This document shows positions 1 to 11,100 of a stretch of DNA of 64,000 nt, in pieces. The first letter of the stretch is position 1. Each line of letters opens with the position of its first letter. The notes under the pieces were generated by a model that saw nothing but the letters and a program-made list of their open reading frames with translations, was not told where the DNA came from and searched no databases. The position numbers were made by a program, and so were the translations under genes. Source of the DNA: Antedon mediterranea (lineage: Eukaryota; Animalia; Echinodermata). The stretch is taken from NCBI RefSeq assembly GCF_964355755.1, contig NC_092675.1, forward strand, positions 13,612,912 through 13,676,911, given 5' to 3'.

Positions 1-176
1 TAGACCATTTTGTGATTTTTGAAAAAACTTGTTAACATAAAAACACCAAAGTGCTTAGAATAGCTTCAAATCACATTTGGAGACGTTTTAGACCATTTTG
101 TGATTTTCGAAAAAACTTGTTAACATAAAAACACGAAAGTGCTTAGAATAGCTTCAAATCGCATTTGGAAACGTTT

Positions 177-264
177 TAGACCATTTTGTGATTTTCGAAA
201 AAACTTGTTAACATAAAAACACGAAAGTGCTTAGAATAGCTTCAAATCGCATTTGGAGACGTTT
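177..264 (+). repeat. Class A monomer, 88 bp (example); consensus TAGACCATTTTGTGATTTTCGAAAAAACTTGTTAACATAAAAACAC(C/G)AAAGTGCTTAGAATAGCTTCAAATCGCATTTGGA(G/A)ACGTTT
   Basis: Read directly. This is the most frequent class and occurs in runs (e.g. 1-440 and about 2230-3370). Confidence 0.95.
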
Positions 265-3200
265 TAGACCATTTTGTGATTTTCGAAAAAACTTGTTAAC
301 ATAAAAACACGAAAGTGCTTAGAATAGCTTCAAATCACATTTGGAGACGTTTTAGACCATTTTGTGATTTTTGAAAAAACTTGTTAACATAAAAACACGA
401 AAGTGCTTAGAATAGCTTCAAATCGCATTTGGAAACGTTTTAGACCAATTTGTGCATTTCGATGAAACTTGATTACACAAAAACATCAAAGTGCTTAAAA
501 TCACATTATAAACCGTTTTAGACCATTTTGAGCATTTCGATAACACTTTTCACACAAAAAAAATTAAAGAGCACAAAATAGCTTAATATCGTATTTAAAA
601 ACGTTTTAGACCATTTTGAGCATTTAGACAAAACTTTTTCACACAAAACACCAAAGTGCTTAGAATAGCTTCAAATCGCATTTGGAGACGTTTTAGACCA
701 TTTTGTGCATTTCGATGAAACTTGGTTACACAAAAACATCAAAGTGCTTAAAATCACATTATAAATCGTTTTAGACCATTTTGAGCATTTCGACAAAACT
801 TTTTCACACAAAATACCAAAGTGCTTAGAATAGCTTCAAATCGCATTTCGAGACGTTTTAGACCATTTTGTGATTTTCGAAAAAACTTTTTAACATAAAA
901 ACACCAAAGTGCTTAGAATAGCTTCAAATCACATTTGGAGACATTTTAGACCATTTTGTGATTTTCAAAAAAACTTGTTAACATAAAAACACGAAAGTTC
1001 TTAGAATAGCTTCAAATCGCATTTGGAAACGTTTTAGACCATTTTGTGATTTTCGAAAAAAATTGTTAACATAAAAACACCAAAGTGCTTAGAATCACAT
1101 TATAAACCGTTTTAGACCATTTTGAGCATTTCGATAACAATTTTCACACAAAAACATCAAAGAGCACAAAATAGCTTAATATCGTATTTAAAAATGTTTT
1201 AGACCATTTTGAGCATTTAGATAAAACTTTTTCACACAAAACACCAAAGTGCTTAGAATAGCTTCAAATCGCATTTGGAGACGTTTTAGACCATTTTGTG
1301 ATTTTTGAAAAAACTTGTTAACATAAAAACACCAAAGTGCTTAGAATAGCTTCAAATCACATTTTGATACGTTTTAGCCCATTTTGTGATTTTCGAAAAA
1401 ACATGTTAACATAAAAACACGAAAGTGCTTAGAATAGCTTCAAATCACATTTGGAGACGTTTTAGACCATTTTGTGATTTTTGAAAAAACTTGTTAACAT
1501 AAAAACACGAAAGTGCTTAGAATAGCTTCAAATCGCATTTGGAAACGTTTTAGACCATTTTGTGATTTTCGAAAAAGATTGTTAACATAAAAACACCAAA
1601 GTGCTTAGAATCACATTATAAACCGTTTTAGACCATTTTGAGCATTTCGATAACAATTTTCACACAAAAACATCAAAGAGCACAAAATAGCTTAATATCG
1701 TATTTAAAAATGTTTTAGACCATTTTGAGCATTTAGATAAAACTTTTTCACACAAAACACCAAAGTGCTTAGAATAGCTTCAAATCGCATTTGGAGACGG
1801 TTTAGACCATTTTGTGATTTTGAAAAAACTTGTTAACATAAAAACACCAAAGTGCTTAGAATAGCTTCAAATCGCATTTGGAGACGTTTTAGACCATTTT
1901 GTGATTTTCGAAAAAACTTGTTAACATAAAAACACCAAAGTGCTTAGAATAGCTTCAAATCGTATTTGGAGACGTTTTAGACCATTTTGAGATTTTCGAA
2001 AAAACTTGGTTACACAAAAACATCAAAGTGCTTAAAATCACATTATAAACCGTTTTAGACCATTTTGAGCATTTCGATAACACTTTTCACACAAAAACAT
2101 CAAAGAGCACAAAATAGCTTAATATCGTATTTAAAAACGTTTTAGACCATTTTGAGCATTTCGACAAAACTTTTTCACACAAAACACCAAAGTGCTTAGA
2201 ATAGCTTCAAATCGCATTTGGAGACGTTTTAGACCAATTTGTGATTTTTGAAAAAACTTGTTAACATAAAAACACCAAAGTGCTTAGAATAGCTTCAAAT
2301 CACATTTGGAGACGTTTTAGACCATTTTGTGATTTTCGAAAAAACTTGTTAACATAAAAACACGAAAGTGCTTAGAATAGCTTCAAATCGCATTTGGAGA
2401 CGTTTTAGAACATTTTGTGTTTTTCGAAAAAAACTGTTAACATAAAAACACCAAAGTGCTTAGAATAGCTTCAAATCGCATTTGGAGACGTTTTAGACCA
2501 TTTTGTGATTTTTGAAAAAACTTGTTAACATAAAAACACCAAAGTGCTTAGAATAGCTTCAAATCACATTTGGAGACGTTTTAGACCATTTTGTGATTTT
2601 CGAAAAAACTTGTTAACATAAAAACACGAAAGTGCTTAGAATAGCTTCAAATCGCATTTGGAAACGTTTTAGACCATTTTGTGATTTTCGAAAAAACTTG
2701 TTAACATAAAAACACCAAAGTGTTTAGAATAGCTTCAAATCGCATTTGGAGACGTTTTAGACCAATTTGTGATTTTCGAAAAAACTTATCAACATAAAAA
2801 CACCAAAGTGCTTAGAATAGCTTCAAATCGCATTTGGAGACGTTTTAGACCATTTTGTGATTTTTGAAAAAACTTGTTAACATAAAAACACCAAAGTGCT
2901 TAGAATAGCTTCAAATCACATTTGGAGACGTTTTAGACCATTTTGTGATTTTCGAAAAAACTTTTTAACATAAAAACACCAAAGTGCTTAGAATAGCTTC
3001 AAATCACATTTGGAGACGTTTTAGACCATTTTGTGATTTTTGAAAAAACTTGTTAACATAAAAACACGAAAGTGCTTAGAATAGCTTCAAATCGCATTTG
3101 GAAACGTTTTAGACCATTTTGTGATTTTCGAAAAAGATTGTTAACATAAAAACACCAAAGTGTTTAGAATAGCTTCAAATCGCATTTGGAGACGGTTTAG

Positions 3201-3409
3201 ACCATTTTGTGATTTTGAAAAAACTTGTTAACATAAAAACACCAAAGTGCTTAGAATAGCTTCAAATCGCATTTGGAGACGTTTTAGACCACTTTGTGAT
3301 TTTCGAAAAAACTTGTTAACATAAAAACACCAAAGTGCTTAGAATAGCTTCAAATCGTATTTGGAGACGTTTTAGACCATTTTGAGATTTTCAAAAAAAC
3401 TTGGTTACA

Positions 3410-5100
3410 CAAAAACATCAAAGTGCTTAAAATCACATTATAAACCGTTTTAGACCATTTTGAGCATTTCGATAACACTTTTCACACAAAAACATCAAAG
3501 AGCACAAAATAGCTTAATATCGTATTTAAAAACGTTTTAGACCATTTTGAGCATTTCGACAAAACTTTTTCACACAAAACACCAAAGTGCTTAGAATAGC
3601 TTCAAATCGCATTTGGAGACGTTTTAGACCAATTTGTGCATTTCGATGAAACTTGATTACACAAAAACATCAAAGTGCTTAAAATCACATTATAAACCGT
3701 TTTAGACCATTTTGAGCATTTCGATAACACTTTTCACACAAAAACATCAAAGAGCACAAAATAGCTTAATATCGTATTTAAAAACGTTTTAGACCATTTT
3801 GAGCATTTAGACAAAACTTTTTCACACAAAACACCAAAGTGCTTAGAAAAGCTTCAAATCGCATTTGGAGACGTTTTAGACCATTTTGTGCATTTCGATG
3901 GAACTTGGTTACACAAAAACATCAAAGTGCTTAAAATCACATTATAAATCGTTTTAGACCATTTTGAGCATTTCGACAAAACTTTTTCACACAAAATACA
4001 AAAGTGCTTAGAATAGCTTCAAATCGCATTTGGAGACGTTTTAGACCATTTTGTGATTTTCGAAAAAACTTTTTAACATAAAAACACCAAAGTGCTTAGA
4101 ATAGCTTCAAATCACATTTGGAGACGTTTTAGACCATTTTGTGATTTTCGAAAAAACTTGTTAACATAAAAACACGAAAGTGCATAGAATAGCTTCAAAT
4201 CGCATTTGGAAACGTTTTAGACCATTTTGTGATTTTCGAAAAAAATTGTTGACATAAAAACATCAAAGTGCTTAAAATCACATTATAAACCGTTTTAGAC
4301 CATTTTGAGCATTTCGATAACACTTTTCACACAAAAACATCAAAGAGCACAAAATAGCTTAATATCGTATTTAAAAACGTTTTAGACCATTTTGAGCATT
4401 TCGACAAAACTTTTTCTCACAAAACACCAAAGTGCTTAGAATAGCTTCAAATCGCATTTGGAGACGTTTTAGACCAATTTGTGCATTTCGATGAAACTTG
4501 ATTACACAAAAACATCAAAGTGCTTAAAATCACATTATAAACCGTTTTAGACCATTTTGAGCATTTCGATAACACTTTTCACACAAAAACATCAAAGAGC
4601 ACAAAATAGCTTAATATCGTATTTAAAAACGTTTTAGACCATTTTGAGCATTTAGACAAAACTTTTTCACACAAAACACCAAAGTGCTTAGAAAAGCTTC
4701 AAATCGCATTTGGAGACGTTTTAGACCATTTTGTGCATTTCGATGGAACTTGGTTACACAAAAACATCAAAGTGCTTAAAATCACATTATAAATCGTTTT
4801 AGACCATTTTGAGCATTTCGACAAAACTTTTTCACACAAAATACAAAAGTGCTTAGAATAGCTTCAAATCGCATTTGGAGACGTTTTAGACCATTTTGTG
4901 ATTTTCGAAAAAACTTTTTAACATAAAAACACCAAAGTGCTTAGAATAGCTTCAAATCACATTTGGAGACGTTTTAGACCATTTTGTGATTTTCGAAAAA
5001 ACTTGTTAACATAAAAACACGAAAGTGCATAGAATAGCTTCAAATCGCATTTGGAAACGTTTTAGACCATTTTGTGATTTTCGAAAAAAATTGTTGACAT
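3410..5100 (+). repeat. 845-bp (10-monomer) local tandem duplication
   Basis: Rare variants GCTTAGAAAA at 3841/4686 and CGATGGAAC at 3896/4741 are both offset by 845, which equals 3x78+5x87+2x88. Edges approximate. Confidence 0.85.
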
Positions 5101-8100
5101 AAAAACACCAAAGTGCTTAGAATCACATTATAAACCGTTTTAGACCATTTTGAGCATTTCGATAAAAATTTTCACAAAAAAACATCAAAGAGCACAAAAT
5201 AGCTTAATATCGTATTTAAAAATGTTTTAGACCATTTTGAGCATTTAGATAAAACTTTTTCACACAAAACACCAAAGTGCTTAGAATAGCTTCAAATCGC
5301 ATTTGGAGACGTTTTAGACCATTTTGTGATTTTTGAAAAAACTTGTTAACATAAAAACACCAAAGTGCTTAGAATAGCTTCAAATCACATTTGGAGACGT
5401 TTTAGACCATTTTGTGATTTTCGAAAAAACTTGTTAACATAAAAACACGAAAGTGCTTAGAATAGCTTCAAATCGCATTTGGAAACGTTTTAGACCATTT
5501 TGTGATTTTCGAAAAAACTTGTTAACATAAAAACACGAAAGTGCTTAGAATAGCTTCAAATCGCATTTGGAGACGTTTTAGACCATTTTGTGATTTTCGA
5601 AAAAAACTTGTTAACATAAAAACACGAAAGTGCTTAGAATAGCTTCAAATCACATTTGGAGACGTTTTAGACCATTTTGTGATTTTTGAAAAAACTTGTT
5701 AACATAAAAACACGAAAGTGCTTAGAACAGCTTCAAATCGCATTTGGAAACGTTTTAGACCAATTTGTGCATTTCGATGAAACTTGATTACACAAAAACA
5801 CCAAAGGATTTAGAATAGCTTCAAATCGCATTTGGAGACGTTTTAGACCATTTTGTGATTTTGAAAAAACTTGTTAACATAAAAACACTAAAGTGCTTAG
5901 AATAGCTTCAAATCGCATTTGGAGACGTTTTAGACCATTTTGTGATTTTCGAAAAAACTTGTTAACATAAAAACACCAAAGTGCTTAGAATAGCTTCAAA
6001 TCGTATTTGGAGACGTTTTAGACCATTTTGAGATTTTCGAAAAAACTTGGTTACACAAAAACATCAAAGTGCTTAAAATCACATTATAAACCGTTTTAGA
6101 CCATTTTGAGCATTTCGATAACACTTTTCACACAAAAACATCAAAGAGCACAAAATAGCTTAATATCGTATTTAAAAACGTTTTAGACCATTTTGAGCAT
6201 TTCGACAAAACTTTTTCACACAAAACACCAAAGTGCTTAGAATAGCTTCAAATCGCATTTGGAGACGTTTTAGACCAATTTGTGATTTTTGAAAAAACTT
6301 GTTAACATAAAAACACCAAAGTGTTTAGAATAGCTTCAAATCGCATTTGGAGACGTTTTAGACCAATTTGTGATTTTCGAAAAAACTTATCAACATAAAA
6401 ACACCAAAGGGTTTAGAATAGCTTCAAATCGCATTTGGAGACGTTTTAGACCATTTTGTGATTTTGAAAAAACTTGTTAACATAAAAACACCAAAGTGCT
6501 TAGAATAGCTTCAAATCGCATTTGGAGACGTTTTAGACCATTTTGTGATTTTCGAAAAAACTTGTTAACATAAAAACATCAAAGAGCACAAAATAGCTTA
6601 ATATCGTATTTAAAAACGTTTTAGACCATTTTGAGCATTTAGACAAAACTTTTTCACACAAAACACCAAAGTGCTTAGAATAGCTTCAAATCGCATTTGG
6701 AGACGTTTTAGACCATTTTGTGCATTTCGATGAAACTTGGTTACACAAAAACATCAAAGTGCTTAAAATCACATTATAAATCGTTTTAGACCATTTTGAG
6801 CATTTCGACAAAACTTTTTCACACAAAATACCAAAGTGCTTAGAATAGCTTCAAATCGCATTTGGAGACGTTTTAGACCATTTTGTGATTTTCGAAAAAA
6901 CTTTTTAACATAAAAACACCAAAGTGCTTAGAATAGCTTCAAATCACATTTGGAGACGTTTTAGACCATAAGTGCTTAGAATCACATTATAAACCGTTTT
7001 AGACCATTTTGAGCATTTCGATAACAATTTTCACACAAAAACATCAAAGAGCACAAAATAGCTTAATATCGTATTTAAAAACGTTTTAGACCATTTTGAG
7101 CATTTAGACAAAACTTTTTCACACAAAACACCAAAGTGCTTAGAATAGCTTCAAATCGCATTTGGAGACGTTTTAGACCAATTTGTGATTTTTGAAAAAA
7201 CTTGTTAACATAAAAACACCAAAGTGCTTAGAATAGCTTCAAATCACATTTGGAGACGTTTTAGACCATTTTGTGATTTTGAACAAACTTGTTAACATAA
7301 AAACACCAAAGTGCTTAGAATAGCTTCAAATCGCATTTGGCGACGTTTTAGACCATTTTGTGATTTTCGAAAAAACTTGTTAACATAAAAACACCAAAGT
7401 GCTTAGAATAGCTTCAAATCGTATTTGGAGACGTTTTAGATCATTTTGAGATTTTCGAAAAAACTTGGTTACACAAAAACATCAAAGTGCTTAAAATAAC
7501 ATTATAAACCGTTTTAGACCATTTTGAGCATTTCGATAACACTTTTCACACAAAAACATCAAAGAGCACAAAATAGCTTAATATCGTATTTAAAAACGTT
7601 TTAGACCATTTTGAGCATTTCGACAAAACTTTTTCACACAAAACACCAAAGTGCTTAGAATAGCTTCAAATCGCATTTGGGGACGTTTTAGACCAATTTG
7701 TGCATTTCGATGAAACTTGATTACACAAAAACATCAAAGTGCTTAAAATCACATTATAAACCGTTTTAGACCATTTTGAGCATTTCGATAACACTTTTCA
7801 CACAAAAACATCAAAGAGCACAAAATAGCTTAATATCGTATTTAAAAACGTTTTAGACCATTTTGAGCATTTAGACAAAACTTTTTCACACAAAACACCA
7901 AAGTGCTTAGAATAGCTTCAAATCGCATTTGGAGACGTTTTAGACCATTTTGTGCATTTCGATGAAAGTTGGTTACACAAAAACATCAAAGTGCTTAAAA
8001 TCACATTATAAATCGTTTTAGACCATTTTGAGCATTTCGACAAAACTTTTTCACACAAAATACCAAAGTGCTTAGAATAGCTTCAAATCGCATTTGGAGA

Positions 8101-11100
8101 CGTTTTAGACCATTTTGTGATTTTCGAAAAAACTTTTTAACATAAAAACACCAAAGTGCTTAGAATAGCTTCAAATCACATTTGGAGACGTTTTAGACCA
8201 TAAGTGCTTAGAATCACATTATAAACCGTTTTAGACCATTTTGAGCATTTCGATAACAATTTTAACACAAAAACATCAAAGAGCACAAAATAGCTTAATA
8301 TCGTATTTAAAAATGTTTTAGACCATTTTGAGCATTTAGATAAAACTTTTTCACACAAAACACCAAAGTGCTTAGAATAGCTTCAAATCGCATTTGAAGA
8401 CGTTTTAGACCAATTTGTGATTTTTGAAAAAACTTGTTAACATAAAAACACCAAAGTGCTTAGAATAGCTTCAAATCACATTTGGAGACGTTTTAGCCCA
8501 TTTTGTGATTTTGAACAAACTTGTTAACATAAAAACACCAAAGTGCTTAGAATAGCTTCAAATCGCATTTGGAGACGTCTTAGACCATTTTGTGATTTTC
8601 GAAAAAACTTGTTAACATAAAAACACCAAAGTGCTTAAAATCACATTATAAACCGTTTTAGACCATTTTGAGTATTTCGATAACACTTTTCACACAAAAA
8701 CATCAAAGAGCACAAAATAGCTTAATATCGTATTTAAAAACGTTTTAGACCATTTTGAGCATTTCGACAAAACTTTTTCACACAAAACACCAAAGTGCTT
8801 AGAATAGCTTCAAATCGCATTTGGAGACGTTTTAGACCAATTTGTGCATTTCGATGAAACTTGATTACACAAAAACATCAAAGTGCTTAAAATCACATTA
8901 TAAACCGTTTTAGACCATTTTGAGCATTTCGATAACACTTTTCACACAAAAACATCAAAGAGCACAAAATAGCTTAATATCGTATTTAAAAACGTTTTAG
9001 ACCATTTTGAGCATTTAGACAAAACTTTTTCACACAAAACACCAAAGTGCTTAGAATAGCTTCAAATCGCATTTGGAGACGTTTTAGACCATTTTGTGCA
9101 TTTCGATGAAACTTGGTTACACAAAAACATCAAAGTGCTTAAAATCACATTATAAATCGTTTTAGACCATTTTGAGCATTTCGACAAAACTTTTTCACAC
9201 AAAATACCAAAGTGCTTAGAATAGCTTCAAATCGCATTTCGAGACGTTTTAGACCATTTTGTGATTTTCGAAAAAACTTTTTAACATAAAAACACCAAAG
9301 TGCTTAGAATAGCTTCAAATCACATTTGGAGACGTTTTAGACCATTTTGTGATTTTCGAAAAAACTTGTTAACATAAAAACACGAAAGTGCATAGAATAG
9401 CTTCAAATCGCATTTGGAAACGTTTTAGACCATTTTGTGATTTTCGAAAAAAATTGTTGACATAAAAACACCAAAGTGCTTAGAATCACATTATAAACCG
9501 TTTTAGACCATTTTGAGCATTTCGATAAAAATTTTCACAAAAAAACATCAAAGAGCACAAAATAGCTTAATATCGTATTTAAAAATGTTTTAGACCATTT
9601 TGAGCATTTAGATAAAACTTTTTCACACAAAACACCAAAGTGCTTAGAATAGCTTCAAATCGCATTTGGAGACGTTTTAGACCATTTTGTGATTTTTGAA
9701 AAAACTTGTTAACATAAAAACACCAAAGTGCTTAGAATAGCTTCAAATCACATTTGGAGACGTTTTAGACCATTTTGTGATTTTCGAAAAAACTTGTTAA
9801 CATAAAAACACGAAAGTGCTTAGAATAGCTTCAAATCGCATTTGGAAACGTTTTAGACCATTTTGTGATTTTCGAAAAAACTTGTTAACATAAAAACACG
9901 AAAGTGCTTAGAATAGCTTCAAATCGCATTTGGAGACGTTTTAGACCATTTTGTGATTTTCGAAAAAAACTTGTTAACATAAAAACACGAAAGTGCTTAG
10001 AATAGCTTCAAATCACATTTGGAGACGTTTTAGACCATTTTGTGATTTTTGAAAAAACTTGTTAACATAAAAACACGAAAGTGCTTAGAACAGCTTCAAA
10101 TCGCATTTGGAAACGTTTTAGACCAATTTGTGCATTTCGATGAAACTTGATTACACAAAAACACCAAAGGATTTAGAATAGCTTCAAATCGCATTTGGAG
10201 ACGTTTTAGACCATTTTGTGATTTTGAAAAAACTTGTTAACATAAAAACACCAAAGTGCTTAGAATAGCTTCAAATCGCATTTGGAGACGTTTTAGACCA
10301 TTTTGTGATTTTCGAAAAAAACTTGTTAACATAAAAACACCAAAGTGCTTAGAATAGCTTCAAATCGTATTTGGAGACGTTTTAGACCATTTTGAGATTT
10401 TCGAAAAAACTTGGTTACACAAAAACATCAAAGTGCTTAAAATCACATTATAAACCGTTTTAGACCATTTTGAGCATTTCGATAACACTTTTCACACAAA
10501 AACATCAAAGAGCACAAAATAGCTTAATATCGTATTTAAAAACGTTTTAGACCATTTTGAGCATTTCGACAAAACTTTTTCACACAAAACACCAAAGTGC
10601 TTAGAATAGCTTCAAATCGCATTTGGAGACGTTTTAGACCAATTTGTGATTTTTGAAAAAACTTGTTAACATAAAAACACCAAAGTGTTTAGAATAGCTT
10701 CAAATCGCATTTGGAGACGTTTTAGACCAATTTGTGATTTTCGAAAAAACTTATCAACATAAAAACACCAAAGGGTTTAGAATAGCTTCAAATCGCATTT
10801 GGAGACGTTTTAGACCATTTTGTGATTTTGAAAAAACTTGTTAACATAAAAACACCAAAGTGCTTAGAATAGCTTCAAATCGCATTTGGAGACGTTTTAG
10901 ACCATTTTGTGATTTTCGAAAAAACTTGTTAACATAAAAACACCAAAGTGCTTAGAATAGCTTCAAATCGTATTTGGAGACGTTTTAGACCATTTTGAGA
11001 TTTTCGAAAAAAGTTGGTTACACAAAAACATCAAAGTGCTTAAAATCACATTATAAACCGTTTTAGACCATTTTGAGCATTTCGGTAACACTTTTCACAC

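Noticed and set aside
81-100. Telomere-like TTTAG/TTAG motifs
   Set aside because: They occur only once or twice per monomer, with no tandem TTTAGGG/TTAGG runs.
89-176. Tandem tRNA/5S or other structured RNA gene array (unit size is tRNA-like)
   Set aside because: No cloverleaf stems or recognisable Pol III A/B boxes, and the unit is very AT-rich with only short palindromes.
551-570. Homopolymer length variants (A8 at about 556-563; A7 vs A6 at 5601, 9961, 14481)
   Set aside because: These may be slippage or sequencing errors and are not informative individually, although some are shared between duplicated blocks.
3894-3910. CENP-B-box-like motif TTTCGATG(G/A)AACTTGGT in class B monomers
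   Set aside because: It matches the TTCG and central A of the box core (TTCGnnnnAnnCGGG) but has TTGG in place of the essential CGGG. A partial match like this is plausible by chance.
8176-8358. Five identical 60-aa minus-strand ORFs (also 12705, 34469, 35361, 56790), MCEKVLSKCSKWSKTF...
   Set aside because: Satellite artefact. The ORF has a non-ATG start and its internal SKCSKWSKT repeat mirrors the monomer. It is open only where the 40-bp deletion coincides with a C->A SNP (TTTTAACAC) that turns a minus-strand TGA into TTA. The two deletion copies lacking the SNP (6962, 11491) have no ORF. Identity among copies reflects recent duplication.
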